Positions 36,091 to 45,054 of a DNA stretch of 64,000 nucleotides are shown here, one piece after another. Numbering within the stretch: the first letter of the stretch is position 1; each line of letters begins with the position of its first letter. Source of the DNA: an uncultured Candidatus Saccharimonadales bacterium (GTDB lineage Bacteria; Patescibacteriota; Saccharimonadia; UBA4664); assembly GCA_964505035.1 (NCBI GenBank), contig CAZDGK010000001.1, positions 12,270-76,269 of the forward strand. Reading direction: 5' to 3'. The translations under genes and the position numbers were made by a program. The notes below the pieces were generated by a model. It did no database searches, was not told where the DNA came from, and worked only from the letters and a program-made list of their open reading frames with translations.

Positions 36091-37143
36091 ATGGCAACCA
36101 AGAAAAAAGTTGAAGACACCGTCGAAGAGGTCGTTGAAACCCCCGAAGCGACCGAAGCGGTAGAGGTTCTGGACACACCCGTCGAGCTCGTCACCGAAGC
36201 GCCGTCGGCCGACACGAGCAGCGACACCGGCGAGACTAGCGCAGACGAAACTGACGCAGACGAGACCGAAGAGGCCAAGATCGCCAAGGCCGGCAAGCGT
36301 AGCGCCAAGGCTGTCCGCGAGGCCGAAGCCGAAGAGGCCCGCCAGGAGGCCAAGGAGCACCGCGCCGAGACCGAGGCAGCCACCGACGCCGCCCCCAAAG
36401 CAGCCAAGCGCTCCACGCCCAACCCACTTCACCAGCACGGCAAGAAGTACCGCGAGGCCGCCAAGCTTGTCGACCGCACCAAGCAGTACGAGCTAGCCGA
36501 GGCCCTGGAACTTGCCCAGAAGACGAGCACCACCAAGTTTGACAGCTCCGTCGAGCTGCACATCAGCCTCGGTGTTGACCCTCGCCAAGCCGACCAAATG
36601 GTGCGCGCCAGCGTCGTGCTACCGCACGGTACCGGCCGCAGCCTGCGCGTCGCCGTCTTCGCCGATGGCAAGGCCGCCGATGACGCCAAGACCGCCGGCG
36701 CCGATATCGTGGGTACCGACAAACTGCTAGCCGACATCGAGGCCGGCAAGCTAGACTTTGACGTCCTGATCGCCACTCCCGACAAGATGGCCGGTCTCGG
36801 CAAAGTCGCCAAGGTTCTCGGTCCGCGCGGCCTCATGCCTAACCCCAAGTCCGGCACCGTCACCCCCGACGTCGCCAAGGCCGTCACCGAAACCAAGACC
36901 GGCAAGGTTGAGTTCCGTATCGACAAGCAAGCCATTGTGCACATCGCCGTCGGCAAAGTCAGCTTCAAGGCCGCCGATCTGCTCGACAATGCCACCACCC
37001 TCATCAAGGCCGTCCTAAAGGCCAAGCCGGCCGCTGCCAAGGGCACCTACGTGAAAACCATTGCCGTCACCACCTCCATGGGTCCCGGCATCAAAATCGA
37101 CGCTCCCACCACCACCAGCGCTCTGTCTACCAGCAAAAAGTAG
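36091..37143 (+). CDS. rplA: 50S ribosomal protein L1 with an acidic N-terminal extension of about 115 aa.
   Basis: The L1 core starts at '[21 protein letters not shown]'. A preceding Glu/Asp/Thr/Ala-rich segment is absent from typical 230-aa L1 proteins. Confidence 0.9.
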   Translation: MATKKKVEDTVEEVVETPEATEAVEVLDTPVELVTEAPSADTSSDTGETSADETDADETEEAKIAKAGKRSAKAVREAEAEEARQEAKEHRAETEAATDAAPKAAKRSTPNPLHQHGKKYREAAKLVDRTKQYELAEALELAQKTSTTKFDSSVELHISLGVDPRQADQMVRASVVLPHGTGRSLRVAVFADGKAADDAKTAGADIVGTDKLLADIEAGKLDFDVLIATPDKMAGLGKVAKVLGPRGLMPNPKSGTVTPDVAKAVTETKTGKVEFRIDKQAIVHIAVGKVSFKAADLLDNATTLIKAVLKAKPAAAKGTYVKTIAVTTSMGPGIKIDAPTTTSALSTSKK

Positions 37144-37187
37144 CCATTTAGCGCGCCATCTCATACAATCTGGGAAAGGGGAATGAG

Positions 37188-37787
37188 ATGGCAATTTCGA
37201 GTGGGATCTTTGGTGATGGCTCCAATTTTGAGCAACGCAACCTCGCCAACTATGAGGTCGTAGCCGAGAGCGTTCAGTTACTGAAGGCTCTCGGGCTCAA
37301 GATTGTCCTCACCGCCGGCTCGTTTGACCTCATTCACGAAGGCCACGCCCAGTATCTGGAGCGCGCCCGTCAGTTTGGCGACCTCCTCATCACTGGCGTC
37401 GACTCCGACGACAAGATCCGCCACCGCAAAGGCCCAGACCGGCCCATCGTGCCGCAGGCCGAGCGTTTGCGCATGTTGACGCATCTGCGCCACGTCGACT
37501 TAGTCGTGCTCAAGCCACTCGAGGCCGAGAAATGGGCGCTCATCAAAGCCGTCCGCCCCGACGTGCTAGTGGCCACCGAGGAGACCTACACCCAAGACCA
37601 GATCACCGAGCTCGAGCGGCTCTATTGTGGCCGCGTCGAAGTCCTTCCGCGCATGGCCACCACGACCACCTCGGCCAGGCTGCGCCTTCTCCAGCTCAAT
37701 CTCGCCGATCGCATGACCAGCCGCCTCGCCAATCAGCTGCCCGACATTGTCCGCCAAGTCATCCGCGACCAAATCGAAGGCCGCTAG
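37188..37787 (+). CDS. Cytidylyltransferase-like (HxGH) nucleotidyltransferase family protein.
   Basis: 'LTAGSFDLIHEGHAQYL' HxGH motif and 'ITGVDSDD'. Confidence 0.7.
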   Translation: MAISSGIFGDGSNFEQRNLANYEVVAESVQLLKALGLKIVLTAGSFDLIHEGHAQYLERARQFGDLLITGVDSDDKIRHRKGPDRPIVPQAERLRMLTHLRHVDLVVLKPLEAEKWALIKAVRPDVLVATEETYTQDQITELERLYCGRVEVLPRMATTTTSARLRLLQLNLADRMTSRLANQLPDIVRQVIRDQIEGR

Positions 37788-37790
37788 CCC

Positions 37791-38627
37791 ATGTCCAAGC
37801 AGCTGCTTGTCTACATTCCGGTTGTGCACGCCGGCTATATCACCCTGTTCGACCGCCACCTCGATGCCGACGAAGTATTATTAATTGGCCCTGACTTTAC
37901 TCGCGATTGGCCTATACTAGCCAAGGAAATTCGTGCCCTCGAGCCCAAACTTGCCCTCAGTAGTCTCCAGGCCATCTACCCGAGACTGCGGCTGCGCATC
38001 ATCGGACCGGCCGATCTGCCCAGTGCCGTCACCGCCACCACCCTGATCGCGCCAGCGGAGGACCTATTGCGGCATCTCATCAGTCATTATCACCTCGACC
38101 AGGGCCGGGATGTCCAATATGACCCAACCTTCCTACGCTGGGATCGCGACTCCAGCCGTGACGCACGTCCCGTCCAGCTCACCCCAGCCACGCCGCTGTC
38201 CGAACTCGACCAGTCCATGCTCGGTCTGGCCACGGATGCCGCGCGCCGCAGCTCCGACTGGTGGCGCCAAGTCGGCGCCGTCGCCGCCACGCCCACTGGC
38301 CCTCTCGTCGCCCACAATCACCACCTGCCCACGCCGTACGCACCCTACATCAGCGGCGATCCGCGCAACAACTTCCGCCGCGGCGAGTATCTGCAGCTAT
38401 CGACGGCCATTCATGCCGAGGCCGCCATCATCGCCCAGGCCGCCCGCCGGGGCATCAGCCTCCAGCGCACTACCATGTTCGTGACCACCTTTCCGTGCCC
38501 AGCGTGTGCCCGGCTCATCGCCGAGACCGGCATTGCCAAGCTGTATGTAGCCGACGCCTACAGCCTGCTCGACGGCGCCGATATCCTCGCCACCGCCGGT
38601 GTCGAAATCATTTGGGTCAAGACGTAG
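37791..38627 (+). CDS. Deoxycytidylate/cytidine deaminase-family protein with an extra N-terminal domain of about 140 aa.
   Basis: Zinc ligands 'HAEAAII' and 'PCPACARLI' at the C-terminus. Adjacent to thyA and folA. Confidence 0.75.
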   Translation: MSKQLLVYIPVVHAGYITLFDRHLDADEVLLIGPDFTRDWPILAKEIRALEPKLALSSLQAIYPRLRLRIIGPADLPSAVTATTLIAPAEDLLRHLISHYHLDQGRDVQYDPTFLRWDRDSSRDARPVQLTPATPLSELDQSMLGLATDAARRSSDWWRQVGAVAATPTGPLVAHNHHLPTPYAPYISGDPRNNFRRGEYLQLSTAIHAEAAIIAQAARRGISLQRTTMFVTTFPCPACARLIAETGIAKLYVADAYSLLDGADILATAGVEIIWVKT

Positions 38628-38669
38628 AAAGCCCCTTGTTCTCTGATCGCAAGAACAAGGGGCTTCGGC

Positions 38670-39125
38670 TCAAGCGGCCGGTCGCCCGGTTAGCTTGACC
38701 TTGATCGGCTCGTGAGCGGGATCATTGGTGTCGCCCACGACCACATGAGCGTGGACGTGGAAGATGGTGCCGGCAGTGTGGGCCGGGTGACCATTGCGAA
38801 CGAAGAAGCCGTAGTGCTCAAACTCAAATCTGAGCCTCAGCACCCTCAGCAGCCACCCCAGCTCCATCCAAGCCTCGGGGCTCAGATCGGCCACATCGGT
38901 GATGTGTTGCTTGGGTAGTAGCAAGAAGTGCAGTCTGGAGCCAGCATAAGGAAATTGGTTGAACGTCACCGCCCAATAATCCGCCTCCTCAATGATTGGC
39001 CCCTCCTGCTCGGCGGCGAGATGCTCCGGGCAAAACATGCAAATACCCGATTCCTCCAGCCGCACCATCTTGGCCCGCTGCTCGTCAGTGCGCGCATTGG
39101 GCAGATAGTAGAGTGGCCTATTCAT
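38670..39125 (-). CDS. HIT (histidine-triad) family hydrolase.
   Basis: 'HVHAHVV' HxHxHxx motif. The start is taken at the internal Met so as not to overlap folA. Confidence 0.8.
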   Translation of the reverse strand: MNRPLYYLPNARTDEQRAKMVRLEESGICMFCPEHLAAEQEGPIIEEADYWAVTFNQFPYAGSRLHFLLLPKQHITDVADLSPEAWMELGWLLRVLRLRFEFEHYGFFVRNGHPAHTAGTIFHVHAHVVVGDTNDPAHEPIKVKLTGRPAA

Positions 39126-39672
39126 CCTGCCACGTCCTCGCTCGGTACGACATTCGTTCCCAGTACCGAACTCCGGTCGGAAACTGGTCTCGCTCGTCGT
39201 ACTGCTTGCACGACTCGATGCGCACCAGCCGGAAGCTGCCAAGCCAATCGAGTGGCATAAACGCATCCGCGCCGGCCACCCTTGTCTCAACCACCGTCTG
39301 GTAGATCCGGTCTGTCCGGCCCAGACATTGGCTATAGACCGCCGCGCCGCCGATGACAAATACCTCGTCATCGCCGTTTTCCTGGGCCAGACACTCTGCC
39401 CGGTCCAGAGCCGCTCCAACACTCCCTGCCCACTCGACGCCCTCCAGGGGCGGCCGGTCGGGCTGATGTGTCGCCACCACGCAGGTGCGGCCAGGCAATG
39501 ATTTGCCCAACCGCGCCACGATCGAGGCGTGAGTCCGCGAGCCAACCACCAGCACGTGGCCGGTGGTCAGCTCGCGAAACCGCTTGAGGTCGCTGGGGAT
39601 GTGCCAGGGCAAATCATTGCCCCGGCCAATCGCTCCAGCGCGGTCCGTTGCTACCACCATCGAGATGGTCAT
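39118..39672 (-). CDS. folA: Dihydrofolate reductase.
   Basis: 'ISMVVATDRAGAIGRGNDLPWHIPSDLKRF'. 4-nt overlap with thyA. Confidence 0.85.
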   Translation of the reverse strand: MTISMVVATDRAGAIGRGNDLPWHIPSDLKRFRELTTGHVLVVGSRTHASIVARLGKSLPGRTCVVATHQPDRPPLEGVEWAGSVGAALDRAECLAQENGDDEVFVIGGAAVYSQCLGRTDRIYQTVVETRVAGADAFMPLDWLGSFRLVRIESCKQYDERDQFPTGVRYWERMSYRARTWQDE

Positions 39673-40562
39673 GGTAGCACCGGCATGCGCAGACCCGGAT
39701 GCGGGTCGTAGTCGAACAGCTCAAAGTGCTCGGCCCGGAAGTCATGGATGTCCGTGATCTTCTGGCCGGCCACCGTCAGAGCCACCGTCGGCAATCGCCG
39801 CGGCTCGCGATACAGCATGGTACGAACGTACTGCAGCTGGCCGGAGTAGATGTGTGCATCCGAGATGGTGTGATAGTACACGCCCGCCGGAATCCCGGTG
39901 AGCTGCTCCAGCATCAGCAGGAGCGCCGCGTACTGCACCATGTTGGACGGCACGCCGCCCGGCACATCGCCACTGCGCTGGAACATGTGCAAATGCAGCC
40001 GCCCGTTTAGGACGCGCACGTGCACCCAGCCGTGACAGGGCGCGATGGTGGTTTTGGGCGTCTTACCCTTGCCACGCACCTGGTACTGCGGGATCCACGG
40101 ACTCACGAAGTGCGTCCGGTCGTCCGGCAGCTCGCGGATCTGCTCCACCAGGTGCTGGTACTGGTCGAAGGGCGGACCCTCAGCAGTGGGAAAGTATCGA
40201 AACGCCCCACCGTAGAATCCAGGACCCATCGTGCCCGGCGGCAGGCCACGCTTGGCGGTCTTCTCGGGCGTCGCCCAAGGATCCCACCAGTCGCAGCCAA
40301 ATGCCTCCATCTCGTCCAGGCTAGTCGCGCCGTTGATAAACGCGCACAGTTCGCCGATTGGCTTACGCCAGAAGCCGTTGAGGCTCCGATCGGTGATCAT
40401 CGGGAAACCATTGGCCAGCTCGAACTTCATTACCTGCTGCATCAGCGTCAATGCCACTTCACCCTGACGGGTGGGCACCTCTTCGCCAGCGGTCACAATA
40501 TTGTGCAACAGCTGGCGGTATTGGCTGTCCGGCTCGCGCCTTTCGTATGCAAGGTACTTCAC
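39669..40562 (-). CDS. thyA: Thymidylate synthase (ThyA family) with a divergent N-terminal region.
   Basis: Catalytic 'APCHGW'. 'MFQRSGDVPGGVPSNMVQYAALLLMLEQLTGIPAGVYYHTISDAHIY'. Probable GTG start after AAAGGGGGG; the ORF runs to 40616. Confidence 0.75.
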   Translation of the reverse strand: MKYLAYERREPDSQYRQLLHNIVTAGEEVPTRQGEVALTLMQQVMKFELANGFPMITDRSLNGFWRKPIGELCAFINGATSLDEMEAFGCDWWDPWATPEKTAKRGLPPGTMGPGFYGGAFRYFPTAEGPPFDQYQHLVEQIRELPDDRTHFVSPWIPQYQVRGKGKTPKTTIAPCHGWVHVRVLNGRLHLHMFQRSGDVPGGVPSNMVQYAALLLMLEQLTGIPAGVYYHTISDAHIYSGQLQYVRTMLYREPRRLPTVALTVAGQKITDIHDFRAEHFELFDYDPHPGLRMPVLP

Positions 40563-40682
40563 TGGACCCCCCTTTCTATCGGTATAAGGGCCAGCCGCCA
40601 CACTGTACCATAGCACCCACAGATCTGCTATACTCCTTGGCAGTCTGCCGCAAGGGCAGCCAGTTCCTAGAAGGGAAGTCCC

Positions 40683-41105
40683 ATGACAAAGGGGCCAACG
40701 CCCCGGGCTGTTGGCGCGCTGGTCATAAGCCGCGATCTGATCCTGCTCATGCGGCGCGGCCGGGCCGTGCTCTGGTCCGCACCGTGCGGCGAGCTCTCCG
40801 GAGCAGACCAGGCTGCAGCTGCCACTGAATTGGCCAAGAAACAGGCCTATGCCATCGTGCAGCCGCAGCGGTTAGTCGGCATCACCACCGATTTTGGTGA
40901 CGTTCTCGGCCCAATCGCCTGGTGGAGCTGCACTCTGCTGCAGCCACTGCCGGGTAGCGATGATCCCAGCTATCAATTGCTGGGAGCCGACTACCGGCAC
41001 CTGGAGTGGGTCAAACTCCAGGACGTCAGCCACTACCCGCTAGTCCCGGCGTTGCACCAACTCTTCGCCGGGCACTACGCCAACCTGGAGCTGTTCTTCA
41101 GCTAG
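40683..41105 (+). CDS. Hypothetical protein, possibly a degenerate NUDIX fold.
   Basis: 'GALVISRDLILLMRRGRA' resembles a NUDIX N-terminal strand, but no canonical Nudix box is present. Confidence 0.35.
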   Translation: MTKGPTPRAVGALVISRDLILLMRRGRAVLWSAPCGELSGADQAAAATELAKKQAYAIVQPQRLVGITTDFGDVLGPIAWWSCTLLQPLPGSDDPSYQLLGADYRHLEWVKLQDVSHYPLVPALHQLFAGHYANLELFFS

Positions 41106-41162
41106 ACTAAGCCGGGGGGTCGCCACATTTGGCACCTCCGGCTTCTCCATATTCAGACTATA

Positions 41163-42419
41163 ATGACAATTATGAATCAACTTGTCCGCCTCACTCGCCA
41201 CGAAGCCGCTCGCCAACGAGACACCCTCAATCTCATCGCCTCCGAGAATTATCCCTCGCCAAGCACGCTGGCACTCCTTGGTAGTGTCTGGTCAAACAAA
41301 TACGCCGAGGGGCAGCCCGGCAAGCGCTATTATGCCGGCAATGTCTATGCCGACGAGCTGGAGAGTTTCGTCCAAGCCAAAGCCCTAGCCATCTTCGACT
41401 CCACCGGCGAGTATGGCGCAAATGTCCAGGTATTGTCCGGCTCGCCCGCCAATGCCACCGTATTCCTCGCTGCCCTCGCCGCCGGCGACACCGTCATGAG
41501 CCTCAATCTCGCCAATGGCGGCCACCTCAGCCACCTGCACGCCACCTCCAACTACCTCAAGTTCTTCCGGCTCATCAATTATGACGTCGTGGCCACCGCC
41601 CACGGCTACGAGATCGACCAGGCCGACTACCAAGCCAAATTGACCGAGCACCAGCCCAAGCTCGTCATCATCGGCTTCTCGGCCTACCCTCGCGCCTACC
41701 AGTTTGAGCCTCTCATCAAGCTTGCCCACCGGCATGGCGCGCTGGTGCTGGCCGATATCGCTCACATTGCCGGCCTAGTGGCCGCTGGTCTGCACGACAG
41801 CCCATTCAAACCGGGCGCAGCCGGCGCCGATTACGTTTCCATGACCACCCACAAAACCCTACGGGGGCCCCGCGGCGCCCTACTCTTTGCCAAGCACCAG
41901 CACCTCGCCGAACTCAACCGCACCGTCTTCCCGGGCACCTCGGGCGGTCCGCACCTGCACCAAATCGCCGCCACCGGCCAGGCCTTGCTCGAGGTGCTCG
42001 GCGAGGACCAATACCCCGACCGCCGGCCGTTCCCAGAGTATGCCAAGGCCATTATCAGCACCTGCCGCGCCCTTGAAGCCGGGCTAAACGATGGGGGACT
42101 CGCCGCCATTTCGCCCACCCAGACCCACCTCACTCTCACCCAGCTCCCACCCGAGCTCGATAGTCTCGACGTCCAGCGGCGCCTCGAGTCGCTCGGCCTC
42201 ATCCTCAATCGCAATCTCATTCCCTTTGACGCCAAGACCGCCTGGCGCCCCAGTGGTTTGCGCCTCGGCACCGCCGCGCTGGCCAGCCGTGGCCTCACAC
42301 CAGAGTCAGCCCGCACTCTAGGCCAGCTCATTGCCGATATCGTCCTGCGCCGCCTACCGGACGCAGCGGCTCAGCGGCGCGTCAAAGACCTGGTCGCCCA
42401 GCTCGCCTGGTGGTATTAA
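41163..42419 (+). CDS. glyA: Serine hydroxymethyltransferase.
   Basis: 'LIASENYPSP...' and the PLP-lysine region 'TTHKTLRGPRG'. Confidence 0.95.
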   Translation: MTIMNQLVRLTRHEAARQRDTLNLIASENYPSPSTLALLGSVWSNKYAEGQPGKRYYAGNVYADELESFVQAKALAIFDSTGEYGANVQVLSGSPANATVFLAALAAGDTVMSLNLANGGHLSHLHATSNYLKFFRLINYDVVATAHGYEIDQADYQAKLTEHQPKLVIIGFSAYPRAYQFEPLIKLAHRHGALVLADIAHIAGLVAAGLHDSPFKPGAAGADYVSMTTHKTLRGPRGALLFAKHQHLAELNRTVFPGTSGGPHLHQIAATGQALLEVLGEDQYPDRRPFPEYAKAIISTCRALEAGLNDGGLAAISPTQTHLTLTQLPPELDSLDVQRRLESLGLILNRNLIPFDAKTAWRPSGLRLGTAALASRGLTPESARTLGQLIADIVLRRLPDAAAQRRVKDLVAQLAWWY

Positions 42420-42472
42420 CTTTAAAACCGGCTGCCGAGTAATCCTCGGGCAGCCGGTCAGTGGGGTAGCGT

Positions 42473-43681
42473 TCATATGCTAACCCGCAGCCTGACAGGA
42501 GCATTTACCACTTCCGCGTATAGTTCCGTCATAGCTTCTGCCGTGTGGTTCCAGCCGTAGCGGGCATGCACCCGCCGCGCCGCCGCCTTGCCGTACTTGC
42601 GACGCAGCGCCGCATCACCAAGCAGCTCGCTGATAGCGCTAGTCAGCCCAGCGCGATCGCCCGGCATAACCTGCCGGCCGGTACTGCCATCTACCACACT
42701 GTCAATCAGACCTCCCACAGCATAGGTTACCACCGGCACACCACAGGCCATCGCCTCTAGCGGCGTCAAGCCAAACGGTTCATACCAGGGTGTGCACGTC
42801 ACGAGGTCGGCCGAGCGGTACCAGCTCGCCATCTCCGATGCCGGAACCGCACCCACCAACTGCACCTGATCGGTCACACCGAGCGCGTCAGCCAGCTGGT
42901 ACAGTCGCCTAAACTCCGGGTCACGATCAGCCCCATGTTCGGGCCCGCCCACCACCACCAGCTCGACGCCGGGCAGGTTAGGCAGGATCCGAATCACCTC
43001 CTCGAACCCCTTGCGCGGAACGGGTCGGCCAACTGCCAGTAGCCGGGGCCCGGTCTTATTGACCGTCGGCCCGCGCGGCTGAAACTGGTTCAGATCAATG
43101 CCGGAAGGAATGAGCCGGATTTGGGTAGCGGGGACGCCAAGAGCCATTAGTTCGGCCACCTCATCGCTACATTGAGCCACGACTCGCTGCACCACCAGGG
43201 CCAGCTGCCGTTCAATCGACATCCGCCCCGCCGGACTAGTATCGTCCTGGCGCTGGAAACGTCGCTTGACGTTGCCGTGAGCATGATAGGTCAGCACAAC
43301 CGGAATCTGCCGCGGCATCGCCCCCCGCAACGCCGCGATTCCGCTCATCCAGAAGTGGGCATGAACCACATCCGGCCGCCTCTTCGACTCCGCAAACCGA
43401 CTGCTCAGCCAGCTGCCAAATGGCACCATATAGGGCATGAGCTCGTCCTTGGGCACGCCTTCGGGAGGACCCACGGGCACATGCACCACCTCATACCCCC
43501 CTGGAGCGCTGATGCGCCCGGCCCTGACCATGCTGTCGCGCCGGGTGTAGACCGTCACTTCGTGACCCACCGCCACCAGCGCCGCAGCCAGACCGGCCAC
43601 GTGTCGATTTTGCCCACCGGCGTCAATTCCGCTAATCGTTGCCAGCGGGCTGGCATGCTCTGACACAAGTGCAATCCTCAT
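42473..43681 (-). CDS. GT4 glycosyltransferase (MshA/BshA-like retaining family).
   Basis: 'MRIALVSEHASPLA...GGQNRHV' N-terminus and a C-terminal EX7E-type region. ATG at 43679-43681. Confidence 0.8.
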   Translation of the reverse strand: MRIALVSEHASPLATISGIDAGGQNRHVAGLAAALVAVGHEVTVYTRRDSMVRAGRISAPGGYEVVHVPVGPPEGVPKDELMPYMVPFGSWLSSRFAESKRRPDVVHAHFWMSGIAALRGAMPRQIPVVLTYHAHGNVKRRFQRQDDTSPAGRMSIERQLALVVQRVVAQCSDEVAELMALGVPATQIRLIPSGIDLNQFQPRGPTVNKTGPRLLAVGRPVPRKGFEEVIRILPNLPGVELVVVGGPEHGADRDPEFRRLYQLADALGVTDQVQLVGAVPASEMASWYRSADLVTCTPWYEPFGLTPLEAMACGVPVVTYAVGGLIDSVVDGSTGRQVMPGDRAGLTSAISELLGDAALRRKYGKAAARRVHARYGWNHTAEAMTELYAEVVNAPVRLRVSI

Positions 43682-43819
43682 GCCGCACCCCCCGTTGGGT
43701 TGCAACATCGGGGATCAAGGTACTTCACCGGACACTCCCTTCTATTTGTGAGAATTAGCGCCAGCCGGGGCACTCTACCACAACCTTTGCCAACACGCAC
43801 CGTTAGTACTTACAAAAGC

Positions 43820-43848
43820 TTGACGCTCACGCTCAAATCCGCTAATAT
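43820..43848 (+). promoter_or_regulatory. Sigma70-type promoter (TTGACG, 17-nt spacer, TAATAT) for rplJL.
   Basis: TTGACG at 43820-43825 and TAATAT at 43843-43848. Confidence 0.45.
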
Positions 43849-43854
43849 TACTCT

Positions 43855-43997
43855 CGTTCACCGTAGACAGTGGCCGTGCTGGTAACCACCAGTGCTTAAT
43901 CCGCCACCGAGGTAATCCACAACCGGATAACTTCAAACTGTCTCTTTGGTGTTCGCCCAAGAGATTTTTTAAATGCTTAAAGCAAAAGGGAAGTGAC
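43855..43997 (+). promoter_or_regulatory. Probable rplJ (L10) autoregulatory leader.
   Basis: A structured 5'-UTR of about 140 nt sits between the promoter and the rplJ AUG, in the position of the conserved L10 leader. Confidence 0.3.
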
Positions 43998-44528
43998 ATG
44001 GCCATTTCTCGTGAGGCCAAGGAGTCGGCGGTAGCTCAGCTAACGCAGGACCTCAGCCACATCAAATTGGCCGTCATGACCGACTACCGCGGTCTCACCG
44101 TCGGTGAAGTAGAGGAGTTGCGCAATCTGCTCCGTGCTCAGGGTATGACCTACCGGGTCACCAAGAACACGCTGCTGCGCATCGCCACCAAAGCCAATGC
44201 GGCCCTGGCCGACATTGACCCACAGAGCTTCACCGGCCCCATGGCCCTGGCGATGGGCTTTGATGATGAAGTGGCTCCGGCCCGCGTCATCTTCCAGTAC
44301 GCCAAGGCGCATGACGCGCTTGAGGTGGTAGGCGCCATCACCGGCGACGGACAGCTATTATCTGCCGCCGACGTGAAGGCCCTGGCCACGCTACCCACTC
44401 GCGAGCAACTCATTGCTCAGGTGGTCGGCACCATCGCGGCACCCCTCACCGGGTTTGTCGGTGTCATGGCGGGCAACGTCCGCTCCATCATTAATGTTCT
44501 AAACGCTCTGAGCGAAGCTCGGGCCTAA
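43998..44528 (+). CDS. rplJ: 50S ribosomal protein L10.
   Basis: Size, conserved N-terminal region and position next to rplL. Confidence 0.9.
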   Translation: MAISREAKESAVAQLTQDLSHIKLAVMTDYRGLTVGEVEELRNLLRAQGMTYRVTKNTLLRIATKANAALADIDPQSFTGPMALAMGFDDEVAPARVIFQYAKAHDALEVVGAITGDGQLLSAADVKALATLPTREQLIAQVVGTIAAPLTGFVGVMAGNVRSIINVLNALSEARA

Positions 44529-44550
44529 GCAATAGCAAAGGAACCTATCA

Positions 44551-44994
44551 ATGGCAGAAGACAAGGTCGAAACGACCGAAACCACCGAGACCGAAACGGT
44601 TGAGATCCCCAAGAAGTTTAAGGAGCTAGTCGAGGCTATCGACAAGCTCAGCGTGCTGGAGCTCAGCGAGCTCGTCAAGGTGCTCGAGAAGCACTACGGC
44701 GTGTCCGCTGCCGCCCCCATGGCTGTAGCCGCTGCTCCGGCCGCTGCTGGTGACGGCGAAGGTGCCGCTGCCGCCGAGGAGAAGACCACCTTCACCGTGG
44801 TACTAGCCGACGCTGGTGCCAACAAGATCAATGTCATCAAGGCCGTTCGTGAGATCACCGGCCTGGGCCTGGCCGAGTCCAAGGCTCTGGTCGACGGCGC
44901 CCCCAAGCCGGTCAAGGAAAATGTCTCCAAGACCGACGCCGAAGACGCCAAGGCCAAGCTGACCGAGGCCGGCGCCACCGTCGAGCTCCAGTAA
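44551..44994 (+). CDS. rplL: 50S ribosomal protein L7/L12.
   Basis: Ala-rich hinge and '[24 protein letters not shown]'. Confidence 0.95.
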   Translation: MAEDKVETTETTETETVEIPKKFKELVEAIDKLSVLELSELVKVLEKHYGVSAAAPMAVAAAPAAAGDGEGAAAAEEKTTFTVVLADAGANKINVIKAVREITGLGLAESKALVDGAPKPVKENVSKTDAEDAKAKLTEAGATVELQ

Positions 44995-45018
44995 GCCAGT
45001 CCTGTCCATACCAAAAAT

Positions 45019-45040
45019 GAGCCCACCCGGGCTCTTTTTT
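45019..45040 (+). terminator. Rho-independent terminator after rplL.
   Basis: GAGCCC-accc-GGGCTC followed by TTTTTT. Confidence 0.6.
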
Positions 45041-45054
45041 GATATGATCGGCGT

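Noticed and set aside
38670-39545. Full-length 291-aa HIT ORF starting at a TTG at 39545.
   Set aside because: The N-terminal 140 codons overlap folA on the same strand in another frame and encode Arg/Trp-rich low-complexity sequence. The HIT domain starts at the internal Met (about 39125).
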